Shown here piece after piece: positions 11,076 to 27,736 of a stretch of 32,000 nt of DNA. Source of the DNA: Mycobacterium tuberculosis H37Rv (GTDB taxonomy: Bacteria > Actinomycetota > Actinomycetes > Mycobacteriales > Mycobacteriaceae); the NCBI RefSeq assembly GCF_000195955.2, contig NC_000962.3, forward strand, positions 3,240,001 through 3,272,000, read 5' to 3'. How positions within the stretch are numbered: position 1 is the first letter of the stretch; each line of letters starts with the position of its first letter. The notes beneath the pieces were generated by a model, which was given only the letters and a program-made list of their open reading frames with translations, searched no databases and was not told where the DNA came from. The translations under genes and the position numbers were made by a program.

Positions 11076-14000
11076 TGCGAACGGCTTTCAGCCGGATTTC
11101 CGGTATGACCGCGCAACAGCGCACCTCCCTAGCCGACGAGTTCGACAGGGTCTCTCGCATCGCCGTGGCCGAGCCGGTTGCGGTGGTTGGCATCGGCTGC
11201 CGCTTTCCGGGAGATGTGGATGGACCAGAGAGTTTCTGGGACTTTCTGGTCGCGGGCAGGAATGCGATCTCGACGGTGCCGGCAGATCGATGGGACGCAG
11301 AAGCGTTTTACCACCCCGACCCGCTAACACCGGGGCGGATGACGACGAAGTGGGGCGGCTTCGTCCCTGACGTCGCGGGCTTCGACGCCGAATTCTTCGG
11401 TATCACACCGCGGGAAGCCGCGGCGATGGACCCGCAGCAGCGAATGCTGCTGGAGGTTGCCTGGGAAGCACTCGAACATGCCGGCATACCACCGGATTCC
11501 CTCGGCGGCACCCGAACCGCCGTCATGATGGGGGTCTATTTCAACGAGTATCAGTCCATGTTGGCCGCCAGTCCGCAGAACGTAGACGCCTACAGCGGGA
11601 CCGGAAATGCACACAGCATCACGGTGGGTCGCATCTCCTACCTGTTGGGATTACGGGGTCCGGCGGTCGCGGTGGACACCGCCTGCTCGTCGTCGTTGGT
11701 GGCTGTGCACCTGGCGTGTCAGAGTCTGAGGCTGCGCGAGACCGATCTGGCTCTCGCCGGTGGAGTGAGTATCACCCTTCGCCCAGAGACCCAAATCGCT
11801 ATCTCTGCCTGGGGATTGCTGTCCCCGCAGGGCCGGTGTGCCGCATTCGATGCGGCGGCAGACGGATTTGTGCGCGGTGAGGGCGCCGGAGTGGTAGTGC
11901 TCAAGCGGTTGACGGACGCGGTGCGCGACGGCGACCAGGTGCTGGCGGTGGTGCGCGGTTCGGCAGTCAACCAGGACGGCAGGTCCAATGGCGTAACGGC
12001 GCCGAATACGGCAGCCCAGTGCGATGTGATCGCCGATGCCTTGCGATCCGGCGATGTGGCGCCTGACAGCGTGAATTACGTAGAGGCCCATGGAACCGGC
12101 ACGGTGCTGGGCGACCCGATCGAATTCGAGGCCCTGGCCGCCACGTATGGCCACGGCGGGGACGCATGCGCGTTGGGTGCGGTGAAAACCAACATCGGTC
12201 ATCTGGAGGCGGCCGCCGGGATCGCGGGGTTCATCAAGGCGACGCTGGCGGTACAACGCGCGACGATCCCGCCGAATCTGCATTTCTCGCAATGGAATCC
12301 AGCTATCGATGCCGCGTCGACCAGGTTTTTCGTTCCCACGCAGAACTCCCCGTGGCCAACCGCGGAGGGGCCGCGCCGGGCGGCGGTGTCGTCGTTCGGA
12401 TTGGGCGGGACGAACGCACACGTGATCATCGAGCAAGGTAGCGAGCTGGCTCCGGTATCCGAAGGCGGCGAGGACACCGGGGTGTCGACGTTGGTGGTGA
12501 CGGGTAAGACGGCCCAGCGGATGGCCGCGACGGCGCAGGTGCTGGCCGACTGGATGGAAGGTCCGGGCGCCGAGGTGGCCGTAGCTGATGTCGCCCACAC
12601 GGTCAACCATCACCGGGCCCGCCAAGCCACGTTCGGCACCGTCGTAGCCCGTGACCGCGCCCAGGCGATAGCCGGACTGCGCGCGCTGGCCGCCGGCCAA
12701 CACGCTCCCGGAGTGGTGAGCCACCAGGACGGTTCGCCGGGGCCGGGCACCGTATTCGTCTACTCCGGCCGCGGCTCGCAGTGGGCCGGGATGGGTCGCC
12801 AATTGTTGGCCGACGAGCCGGCTTTCGCCGCCGCGGTCGCCGAGCTGGAACCGGTGTTTGTCGAGCAAGCCGGCTTCTCGCTGCGCGACGTGATCGCCAC
12901 CGGCAAGGAGCTAGTCGGTATCGAGCAGATCCAGCTTGGCCTGATCGGCATGCAACTGACATTGACTGAGCTATGGCGCTCCTACGGGGTGCAGCCCGAC
13001 CTGGTGATCGGCCACTCCATGGGCGAGGTGGCCGCCGCCGTGGTCGCCGGAGCGCTGACTCCGGCCGAGGGTCTGCGGGTGACCGCCACCCGCGCACGGT
13101 TGATGGCGCCATTGTCCGGCCAGGGCGGCATGGCACTGCTGGGACTCGATGCTGCGGCCACCGAAGCGTTAATCGCGGACTACCCGCAGGTGACAGTGGG
13201 GATCTACAACTCGCCGCGGCAGACCGTGATCGCCGGGCCGACCGAACAAATCGATGAGTTGATCGCCCGGGTGCGCGCGCAAAACCGGTTTGCCAGTCGG
13301 GTCAATATCGAAGTCGCCCCGCACAATCCGGCCATGGATGCGCTGCAGCCGGCGATGCGTTCGGAGCTGGCCGATCTGACCCCACGGACCCCCACCATCG
13401 GAATCATCTCCACCACCTACGCAGACTTGCACACCCAACCGATCTTCGACGCCGAACACTGGGCCACCAACATGCGCAACCCCGTGCGCTTCCAGCAGGC
13501 CATCGCTTCCGCCGGTAGCGGCGCCGACGGCGCCTACCACACCTTCATCGAGATCAGCGCACACCCGCTGCTGACCCAGGCGATTGCCGACACCTTGGAA
13601 GACGCGCACCGCCCAACCAAGTCCGCAGCGAAATACTTGAGCATTGGCACCTTGCAGCGTGATGCCGATGACACGGTCACCTTCCGCACCAACCTCTACA
13701 CCGCCGACATCGCCCACCCACCGCATACCTGTCACCCGCCCGAGCCGCACCCCACCATCCCCACCACACCCTGGCAACACACCCACCACTGGATCGCCAC
13801 CACGCACCCGAGCACGGCAGCGCCAGAAGATCCGGGCAGCAATAAGGTTGTGGTGAACGGACAATCGACATCCGAGAGCCGTGCGCTCGAAGACTGGTGC
13901 CACCAGCTGGCCTGGCCGATCCGCCCGGCAGTCAGCGCCGACCCGCCCAGCACCGCCGCCTGGCTCGTGGTGGCAGACAACGAACTCTGCCACGAGCTGG

Positions 14001-15688
14001 CCCGTGCGGCCGATTCTCGGGTAGACAGCCTCTCGCCGCCGGCGCTCGCAGCAGGCAGCGATCCGGCCGCACTGCTCGACGCGCTGCGCGGTGTGGACAA
14101 CGTGCTCTACGCTCCACCCGTCCCCGGTGAACTCCTCGATATTGAATCGGCCTACCAGGTTTTCCACGCAACGCGACGGCTAGCCGCCGCGATGGTCGCC
14201 AGCAGCGCCACGGCTATTTCCCCGCCGAAGTTGTTCATCATGACCCGCAACGCCCAGCCCATCTCGGAAGGCGACCGAGCCAACCCTGGCCACGCTGTGC
14301 TGTGGGGTCTCGGCCGGTCGCTGGCACTAGAGCATCCTGAAATCTGGGGCGGCATAATCGATCTCGACGATTCGATGCCCGCAGAGCTGGCCGTGCGGCA
14401 TGTGCTGACTGCAGCCCACGGTACCGACGGGGAGGATCAGGTCGTATACCGGTCGGGCGCACGCCATGTACCCCGGCTGCAGAGGCGAACTCTTCCGGGG
14501 AAACCGGTCACGTTGAATGCCGACGCCAGCCAGCTCGTCATCGGTGCGACCGGCAACATCGGACCGCATCTCATCCGACAGCTCGCGCGGATGGGGGCTA
14601 AGACAATCGTCGCGATGGCTCGCAAGCCCGGCGCGCTCGACGAGTTGACCCAATGTCTCGCTGCGACCGGAACAGATCTCATCGCGGTGGCCGCCGATGC
14701 GACCGATCCCGCCGCCATGCAAACCCTGTTCGACCGATTCGGCACGGAGCTACCGCCACTGGAGGGAATCTATCTGGCGGCCTTTGCGGGCCGCCCAGCG
14801 CTGCTGAGCGAGATGACCGACGACGACGTGACCACCATGTTTCGTCCCAAGTTGGACGCCTTGGCGTTGTTGCACCGACGGTCACTGAAGAGCCCAGTGC
14901 GCCACTTCGTTTTGTTCTCTTCGGTGTCAGGTCTGCTGGGTTCTCGATGGCTCGCCCATTACACCGCGACCAGCGCCTTCCTGGACAGCTTCGCCGGCGC
15001 GCGTCGCACCATGGGCCTGCCGGCCACCGTCGTCGACTGGGGACTGTGGAAGTCGCTGGCCGATGTGCAAAAAGACGCGACTCAAATCAGCGCGGAATCC
15101 GGGCTGCAACCCATGGCTGACGAGGTGGCCATCGGCGCGCTACCGCTGGTGATGAACCCCGATGCGGCAGTCGCGACCGTGGTGGTTGCCGCGGACTGGC
15201 CCTTGTTGGCCGCGGCATATCGAACGCGGGGAGCCCTTCGCATAGTCGACGACCTGTTGCCGGCACCGGAAGACGTCGGGAAGGGCGAAAGCGAATTCCG
15301 CACATCGTTGCGTAGCTGCCCGGCGGAGAAACGACGGGACATGTTGTTCGACCATGTGGGCGCCTTGGCCGCCACGGTGATGGGAATGCCGCCCACGGAG
15401 CCGCTCGATCCGTCGGCCGGCTTCTTCCAACTCGGCATGGACTCGCTAATGAGCGTGACACTTCAGCGGGCGTTGTCGGAAAGCCTGGGCGAGTTCTTGC
15501 CGGCGTCCGTGGTTTTCGACTATCCGACCGTTTACAGCCTCACCGACTACCTGGCCACCGTCCTGCCTGAGCTCCTCGAAATTGGGGCAACCGCAGTCGC
15601 AACCCAGCAAGCCACCGACTCCTACCACGAACTGACCGAAGCCGAGTTGTTGGAACAACTTTCGGAACGACTAAGAGGAACACAATGA
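11072..15688 (+). CDS. ppsB: Phthiocerol synthase type I PKS module 2 (KS-AT-KR-ACP)
   Basis: 1538 aa, GTG start overlapping the ppsA stop (GTGA). [20 protein letters not shown]; [14 protein letters not shown]; divergent KR VIGATGNIGPHLI and FSSVSG; ACP LGMDSLMSVTL. Confidence 0.97.
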   Translation: MMRTAFSRISGMTAQQRTSLADEFDRVSRIAVAEPVAVVGIGCRFPGDVDGPESFWDFLVAGRNAISTVPADRWDAEAFYHPDPLTPGRMTTKWGGFVPDVAGFDAEFFGITPREAAAMDPQQRMLLEVAWEALEHAGIPPDSLGGTRTAVMMGVYFNEYQSMLAASPQNVDAYSGTGNAHSITVGRISYLLGLRGPAVAVDTACSSSLVAVHLACQSLRLRETDLALAGGVSITLRPETQIAISAWGLLSPQGRCAAFDAAADGFVRGEGAGVVVLKRLTDAVRDGDQVLAVVRGSAVNQDGRSNGVTAPNTAAQCDVIADALRSGDVAPDSVNYVEAHGTGTVLGDPIEFEALAATYGHGGDACALGAVKTNIGHLEAAAGIAGFIKATLAVQRATIPPNLHFSQWNPAIDAASTRFFVPTQNSPWPTAEGPRRAAVSSFGLGGTNAHVIIEQGSELAPVSEGGEDTGVSTLVVTGKTAQRMAATAQVLADWMEGPGAEVAVADVAHTVNHHRARQATFGTVVARDRAQAIAGLRALAAGQHAPGVVSHQDGSPGPGTVFVYSGRGSQWAGMGRQLLADEPAFAAAVAELEPVFVEQAGFSLRDVIATGKELVGIEQIQLGLIGMQLTLTELWRSYGVQPDLVIGHSMGEVAAAVVAGALTPAEGLRVTATRARLMAPLSGQGGMALLGLDAAATEALIADYPQVTVGIYNSPRQTVIAGPTEQIDELIARVRAQNRFASRVNIEVAPHNPAMDALQPAMRSELADLTPRTPTIGIISTTYADLHTQPIFDAEHWATNMRNPVRFQQAIASAGSGADGAYHTFIEISAHPLLTQAIADTLEDAHRPTKSAAKYLSIGTLQRDADDTVTFRTNLYTADIAHPPHTCHPPEPHPTIPTTPWQHTHHWIATTHPSTAAPEDPGSNKVVVNGQSTSESRALEDWCHQLAWPIRPAVSADPPSTAAWLVVADNELCHELARAADSRVDSLSPPALAAGSDPAALLDALRGVDNVLYAPPVPGELLDIESAYQVFHATRRLAAAMVASSATAISPPKLFIMTRNAQPISEGDRANPGHAVLWGLGRSLALEHPEIWGGIIDLDDSMPAELAVRHVLTAAHGTDGEDQVVYRSGARHVPRLQRRTLPGKPVTLNADASQLVIGATGNIGPHLIRQLARMGAKTIVAMARKPGALDELTQCLAATGTDLIAVAADATDPAAMQTLFDRFGTELPPLEGIYLAAFAGRPALLSEMTDDDVTTMFRPKLDALALLHRRSLKSPVRHFVLFSSVSGLLGSRWLAHYTATSAFLDSFAGARRTMGLPATVVDWGLWKSLADVQKDATQISAESGLQPMADEVAIGALPLVMNPDAAVATVVVAADWPLLAAAYRTRGALRIVDDLLPAPEDVGKGESEFRTSLRSCPAEKRRDMLFDHVGALAATVMGMPPTEPLDPSAGFFQLGMDSLMSVTLQRALSESLGEFLPASVVFDYPTVYSLTDYLATVLPELLEIGATAVATQQATDSYHELTEAELLEQLSERLRGTQ
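13249..13581 (+). repeat. AT-domain segment of ppsB nearly identical to 7835..8167 in ppsA
   Basis: See the partner repeat in ppsA. Confidence 0.9.
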
Positions 15689-18600
15689 CCGCAGCGACAC
15701 CAGATCGCCGAGCGATCATCACCGAGGCGCTGCACAAGATCGATGATCTCACGGCGCGCCTGGAAATCGCCGAAAAATCCAGCAGCGAACCGATCGCGGT
15801 GATCGGCATGGGTTGCCGGTTCCCGGGCGGGGTCAACAACCCCGAACAGTTCTGGGATTTGTTGTGCGCCGGCCGAAGCGGCATCGTCCGGGTTCCCGCG
15901 CAGCGGTGGGACGCCGACGCCTACTACTGTGATGATCACACCGTGCCGGGGACCATCTGCAGCACCGAAGGCGGTTTTCTCACCAGCTGGCAGCCAGATG
16001 AGTTCGATGCGGAGTTCTTCTCAATCTCCCCGCGCGAAGCGGCGGCGATGGACCCGCAGCAGCGATTGTTGATTGAAGTTGCGTGGGAAGCGCTAGAAGA
16101 CGCGGGCGTCCCGCAACACACCATTCGCGGTACGCAAACCTCGGTATTCGTCGGTGTCACCGCCTACGACTACATGCTCACGCTGGCGGGCCGGCTACGA
16201 CCTGTTGACCTCGACGCGTACATCCCAACCGGGAACTCGGCGAACTTCGCCGCCGGACGGCTGGCCTACATCCTCGGGGCACGCGGACCCGCGGTGGTCA
16301 TCGACACGGCCTGCTCATCGTCGTTGGTGGCGGTGCACCTGGCATGCCAGAGCCTGCGCGGGCGGGAAAGCGATATGGCGTTGGTGGGTGGAACCAACCT
16401 TTTGCTGAGCCCGGGACCCAGCATCGCTTGCTCGCGATGGGGGATGCTGTCACCGGAGGGGCGGTGCAAGACCTTCGATGCGTCCGCCGATGGATACGTG
16501 CGCGGCGAGGGTGCCGCGGTGGTGGTGCTCAAGCGGCTGGATGACGCGGTGCGCGACGGCAACCGCATTCTTGCCGTGGTACGCGGTTCGGCGGTCAACC
16601 AGGACGGTGCCAGCAGCGGAGTGACCGTTCCCAACGGGCCAGCGCAACAGGCGTTGCTCGCCAAAGCATTGACGTCGTCGAAGTTGACAGCGGCCGATAT
16701 CGACTACGTCGAGGCCCATGGAACTGGTACTCCGCTGGGCGACCCGATCGAACTCGATTCACTGAGTAAGGTTTTCAGCGATCGAGCGGGTTCGGATCAG
16801 TTGGTGATTGGATCGGTGAAGACCAATCTCGGTCACCTGGAAGCGGCGGCCGGTGTCGCCGGGCTGATGAAAGCCGTGCTCGCGGTACACAACGGCTACA
16901 TTCCGCGGCATCTTAACTTCCACCAGCTGACACCACATGCAAGTGAGGCCGCATCTCGGCTGAGGATCGCCGCCGATGGTATTGACTGGCCAACCACCGG
17001 TCGACCTCGCCGGGCGGGGGTGTCGTCGTTCGGCGTCAGTGGGACGAATGCACACGTGGTGATCGAGCAGGCACCCGATCCGATGGCCGCTGCGGGAACG
17101 GAGCCGCAGCGCGGCCCCGTTCCCGCGGTGTCGACGCTGGTGGTGTTCGGCAAGACCGCACCGCGGGTGGCTGCGACGGCATCGGTGCTGGCAGATTGGC
17201 TGGACGGCCCCGGCGCGGCGGTGCCGCTGGCCGATGTCGCGCACACCCTCAACCATCACCGGGCCCGTCAGACCAGGTTCGGCACGGTAGCCGCTGTCGA
17301 TCGGCGCCAAGCGGTGATCGGGTTACGCGCGCTGGCCGCGGGTCAATCCGCCCCCGGGGTGGTGGCACCCCGCGAAGGCTCCATCGGAGGCGGCACGGTG
17401 TTCGTCTACTCGGGACGAGGATCGCAGTGGGCCGGAATGGGGCGCCAACTGCTGGCCGACGAGCCGGCATTCGCCGCTGCCATCGCCGAACTGGAGCCGG
17501 AATTCGTTGCTCAAGGCGGGTTTTCGCTGCGCGACGTGATCGCCGGCGGAAAAGAGTTGGTTGGCATCGAACAGATCCAGCTGGGACTGATCGGGATGCA
17601 GCTGGCGCTGACCGCGTTGTGGCGCTCATACGGCGTGACACCCGATGCGGTGATAGGTCACTCGATGGGCGAAGTGGCCGCCGCGGTGGTGGCCGGGGCG
17701 CTGACCCCGGCCCAGGGATTACGGGTGACCGCGGTCCGGTCGAGGCTGATGGCGCCGCTGTCCGGGCAGGGCACGATGGCGTTGCTGGAACTCGACGCCG
17801 AAGCCACTGAGGCGCTGATTGCCGACTACCCCGAGGTGAGCCTGGGGATCTATGCCTCCCCACGCCAAACCGTGATTTCCGGGCCGCCGCTATTGATCGA
17901 CGAGCTCATCGACAAGGTGCGCCAACAGAACGGCTTCGCTACCCGAGTCAACATCGAGGTGGCCCCCCACAACCCGGCCATGGATGCACTGCAACCGGCG
18001 ATGCGTTCGGAATTGGCCGATCTCACCCCGCAACCGCCGACCATCCCGATCATCTCCACCACCTACGCCGACCTCGGCATTTCCCTGGGTTCCGGCCCCA
18101 GGTTCGACGCCGAGCACTGGGCAACCAACATGCGCAACCCGGTACGGTTCCACCAGGCCATCGCTCATGCCGGCGCCGATCACCACACCTTCATCGAGAT
18201 CAGCGCCCACCCGCTGCTGACCCACTCGATCAGCGACACCCTGCGCGCCAGCTACGATGTCGACAACTATCTGAGCATCGGCACCTTGCAACGCGACGCT
18301 CACGACACCCTCGAGTTCCACACGAACCTCAACACGACCCACACCACCCATCCCCCCCAGACTCCCCACCCCCCCGAACCCCACCCCGTGCTGCCCACCA
18401 CCCCATGGCAGCACACCCAGCACTGGATCACCGCCACGTCGGCCGCTTACCACAGGCCCGACACCCACCCGTTGCTTGGCGTCGGTGTCACCGACCCCAC
18501 TAACGGCACCCGGGTTTGGGAAAGCGAGCTCGACCCTGATCTGCTGTGGCTCGCCGATCACGTCATCGACGATCTCGTTGTGCTGCCCGGGGCGGCCTAC

Positions 18601-21600
18601 GCTGAGATCGCGCTGGCGGCCGCGACCGACACCTTCGCAGTCGAGCAAGATCAGCCCTGGATGATCAGCGAGCTCGACCTTCGGCAGATGCTGCATGTGA
18701 CCCCAGGCACCGTGTTGGTCACCACGCTCACCGGCGACGAGCAGCGATGCCAGGTCGAAATACGCACCCGCAGCGGGTCTTCGGGATGGACCACCCACGC
18801 CACCGCCACCGTTGCCCGCGCCGAGCCGTTAGCACCGCTGGATCACGAAGGACAGCGGCGCGAGGTAACCACTGCCGACCTCGAGGACCAACTGGATCCC
18901 GACGACCTGTATCAGCGCCTGCGCGGCGCCGGCCAACAGCACGGACCCGCGTTTCAAGGCATCGTGGGGCTGGCCGTCACGCAAGCTGGCGTGGCCCGTG
19001 CGCAAGTACGGCTACCCGCATCGGCCAGAACGGGTTCCCGTGAGTTCATGCTGCACCCGGTGATGATGGATATCGCGTTGCAGACACTGGGAGCCACCCG
19101 GACGGCGACCGATCTGGCCGGCGGCCAGGACGCCCGGCAGGGCCCATCTTCCAACTCGGCCTTGGTGGTACCGGTGCGTTTCGCCGGTGTCCACGTGTAC
19201 GGCGATATCACCCGCGGGGTTCGCGCGGTCGGCTCTCTGGCCGCAGCCGGTGACCGGCTGGTCGGCGAGGTAGTCCTGACCGACGCGAATGGCCAACCGC
19301 TGCTGGTCGTCGATGAAGTCGAGATGGCGGTGCTCGGATCCGGCAGTGGCGCAACGGAACTCACCAACCGCCTATTCATGTTGGAGTGGGAGCCCGCACC
19401 GCTGGAAAAGACCGCCGAGGCTACGGGTGCCCTGTTGCTGATCGGTGACCCCGCCGCGGGTGACCCGCTGCTGCCCGCGCTGCAGTCGTCGCTGCGCGAC
19501 CGCATCACCGACCTCGAGCTGGCATCCGCGGCCGACGAAGCCACGCTGCGCGCGGCGATCAGCCGAACCTCCTGGGACGGGATCGTTGTGGTCTGTCCGC
19601 CCCGAGCGAACGACGAATCGATGCCGGACGAGGCTCAACTGGAGTTGGCACGCACACGCACGCTGCTGGTCGCCAGCGTGGTCGAGACCGTGACGCGAAT
19701 GGGTGCCCGCAAGAGCCCCCGACTGTGGATCGTCACCCGTGGCGCTGCACAGTTCGACGCAGGCGAGTCGGTCACGTTGGCGCAGACCGGCCTACGTGGC
19801 ATCGCACGGGTGCTGACATTTGAGCATTCGGAGTTGAATACCACCCTCGTAGATATCGAACCGGACGGCACCGGCTCGCTGGCCGCCCTGGCCGAGGAGT
19901 TGCTTGCCGGTTCCGAGGCCGACGAGGTCGCCTTGCGCGACGGTCAACGCTATGTCAACCGGCTGGTGCCCGCACCCACCACGACCAGTGGTGATCTCGC
20001 CGCCGAAGCTCGCCACCAGGTGGTGAACCTGGACAGCTCGGGCGCTTCCAGGGCAGCTGTCCGACTGCAGATCGATCAACCCGGACGGCTGGACGCACTA
20101 AACGTTCACGAGGTGAAACGGGGCAGACCGCAAGGCGATCAAGTCGAGGTTCGCGTCGTCGCCGCCGGACTCAACTTCAGCGACGTGCTCAAAGCGATGG
20201 GCGTGTATCCGGGACTCGACGGTGCCGCGCCGGTGATCGGCGGCGAATGTGTCGGCTACGTGACGGCCATCGGTGACGAGGTTGACGGCGTCGAGGTCGG
20301 ACAGCGAGTTATCGCATTCGGCCCTGGCACATTCGGGACCCATCTGGGGACCATCGCCGATCTCGTCGTCCCAATTCCGGACACGCTAGCCGACAACGAG
20401 GCGGCCACGTTCGGCGTCGCCTATCTCACCGCCTGGCACTCGCTGTGCGAGGTCGGGCGCCTATCCCCCGGCGAACGCGTGCTCATCCATTCCGCCACCG
20501 GCGGTGTTGGAATGGCGGCGGTCTCGATCGCGAAGATGATCGGCGCCCGCATCTACACGACGGCCGGTTCGGACGCCAAACGGGAAATGCTTTCCAGGCT
20601 CGGTGTCGAGTACGTCGGCGACTCGCGAAGCGTGGATTTCGCTGACGAGATCCTCGAGCTGACAGACGGCTACGGTGTGGACGTCGTTCTCAATTCGCTG
20701 GCGGGCGAGGCGATTCAACGCGGCGTGCAGATCCTTGCGCCCGGTGGCCGGTTCATCGAACTGGGCAAGAAGGACGTCTACGCCGATGCCAGCTTGGGCT
20801 TGGCCGCGCTAGCCAAGAGCGCGTCCTTCTCCGTGGTCGACCTCGACCTGAATCTCAAGCTGCAGCCGGCGCGCTACCGCCAACTCCTGCAACACATCCT
20901 GCAGCACGTGGCGGATGGCAAACTCGAGGTACTTCCCGTCACCGCATTTAGCCTGCACGATGCGGCCGACGCATTCCGGCTTATGGCATCCGGTAAACAC
21001 ACCGGCAAGATCGTCATCTCGATACCCCAGCACGGCAGCATCGAGGCGATCGCTGCCCCGCCACCACTTCCTCTGGTCAGCCGCGACGGCGGCTACCTCA
21101 TCGTCGGCGGTATGGGTGGTCTCGGATTCGTCGTCGCGCGCTGGCTGGCTGAGCAAGGTGCGGGACTGATTGTCCTCAACGGACGCTCGGCCCCCAGCGA
21201 CGAGGTGGCAGCCGCTATCGCGGAGCTGAACGCCTCCGGTAGCCGGATCGAGGTGATCACCGGCGACATCACCGAGCCAGACACCGCCGAGCGGCTGGTG
21301 CGGGCGGTCGAAGACGCCGGGTTCCGGCTGGCCGGGGTGGTGCACAGCGCGATGGTTCTCGCCGACGAGATCGTGTTGAACATGACCGATTCCGCCGCTC
21401 GGCGAGTGTTCGCCCCGAAGGTCACCGGCAGCTGGCGGCTTCATGTGGCCACCGCCGCGCGCGACGTCGACTGGTGGCTGACCTTCTCCTCGGCCGCCGC
21501 GCTGCTGGGCACTCCCGGGCAGGGCGCGTACGCCGCCGCCAACTCGTGGGTCGACGGCCTGGTCGCGCATCGGCGCTCGGCCGGACTTCCCGCTGTCGGG

Positions 21601-22247
21601 ATCAACTGGGGCCCGTGGGCCGACGTTGGACGCGCGCAGTTCTTCAAAGACCTCGGGGTGGAGATGATCAACGCCGAGCAGGGGCTTGCCGCCATGCAGG
21701 CGGTACTCACCGCCGATCGCGGGCGCACCGGTGTGTTCAGCCTCGACGCGCGGCAGTGGTTCCAATCGTTCCCCGCTGTGGCGGGGTCCTCGCTGTTCGC
21801 GAAGCTGCATGACTCGGCGGCCCGCAAAAGTGGGCAGCGGCGCGGCGGGGGCGCGATTCGCGCTCAGCTAGACGCCCTCGACGCGGCCGAACGCCCAGGC
21901 CACCTCGCGTCCGCGATCGCCGACGAGATCCGTGCGGTGCTGCGCTCAGGCGATCCCATCGATCACCACCGACCGCTGGAAACCCTGGGACTCGACTCGC
22001 TGATGGGCCTGGAATTGCGCAATCGGCTGGAAGCAAGTCTGGGCATCACGTTGCCGGTCGCGTTGGTGTGGGCATACCCGACGATCAGCGATCTCGCGAC
22101 CGCCCTGTGCGAACGAATGGACTACGCGACACCCGCGGCTGCGCAGGAGATTTCCGATACAGAACCCGAACTGTCCGACGAGGAGATGGATTTGCTCGCC
22201 GATCTGGTTGACGCCAGCGAGCTGGAAGCTGCGACGCGAGGCGAGTC

Positions 22248-22251
<4 letters not shown>
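15685..22251 (+). CDS. ppsC: Phthiocerol synthase type I PKS module 3 (KS-AT-DH-ER-KR-ACP, fully reducing)
   Basis: 2188 aa, ATGA overlap with pps[13 protein letters not shown]; [14 protein letters not shown]; [13 protein letters not shown]...[10 protein letters not shown]; [24 protein letters not shown]; [20 protein letters not shown] and YAAANSWVD; [14 protein letters not shown]. Confidence 0.97.
18460..19300 (+). other. Dehydratase domain of PpsC (approximate borders)
   Basis: Catalytic His codon 18559-18561 (residue 959) in [11 protein letters not shown] and Asp codon 19069-19071 (residue 1129) in [10 protein letters not shown]. Confidence 0.92.
20080..21040 (+). other. Enoyl reductase domain of PpsC, MDR superfamily (approximate borders)
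   Basis: [22 protein letters not shown]...[15 protein letters not shown]...[37 protein letters not shown]; NADPH-binding Rossmann motif. Confidence 0.95.
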
Positions 22252-27731
<5,480 letters not shown>

Positions 27732-27736
27732 GACCT

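Noticed and set aside
11651-12868. 405-aa antisense ORF opposite ppsB KS
   Set aside because: Same shadow-ORF artefact as opposite ppsA and ppsD; composition is atypical for protein and it fully overlaps a strongly supported CDS.
17890-18798. 302-aa antisense ORF opposite ppsC AT/DH
   Set aside because: Shadow of the sense coding sequence, with Gly/Val/His repeats and no recognisable domain.
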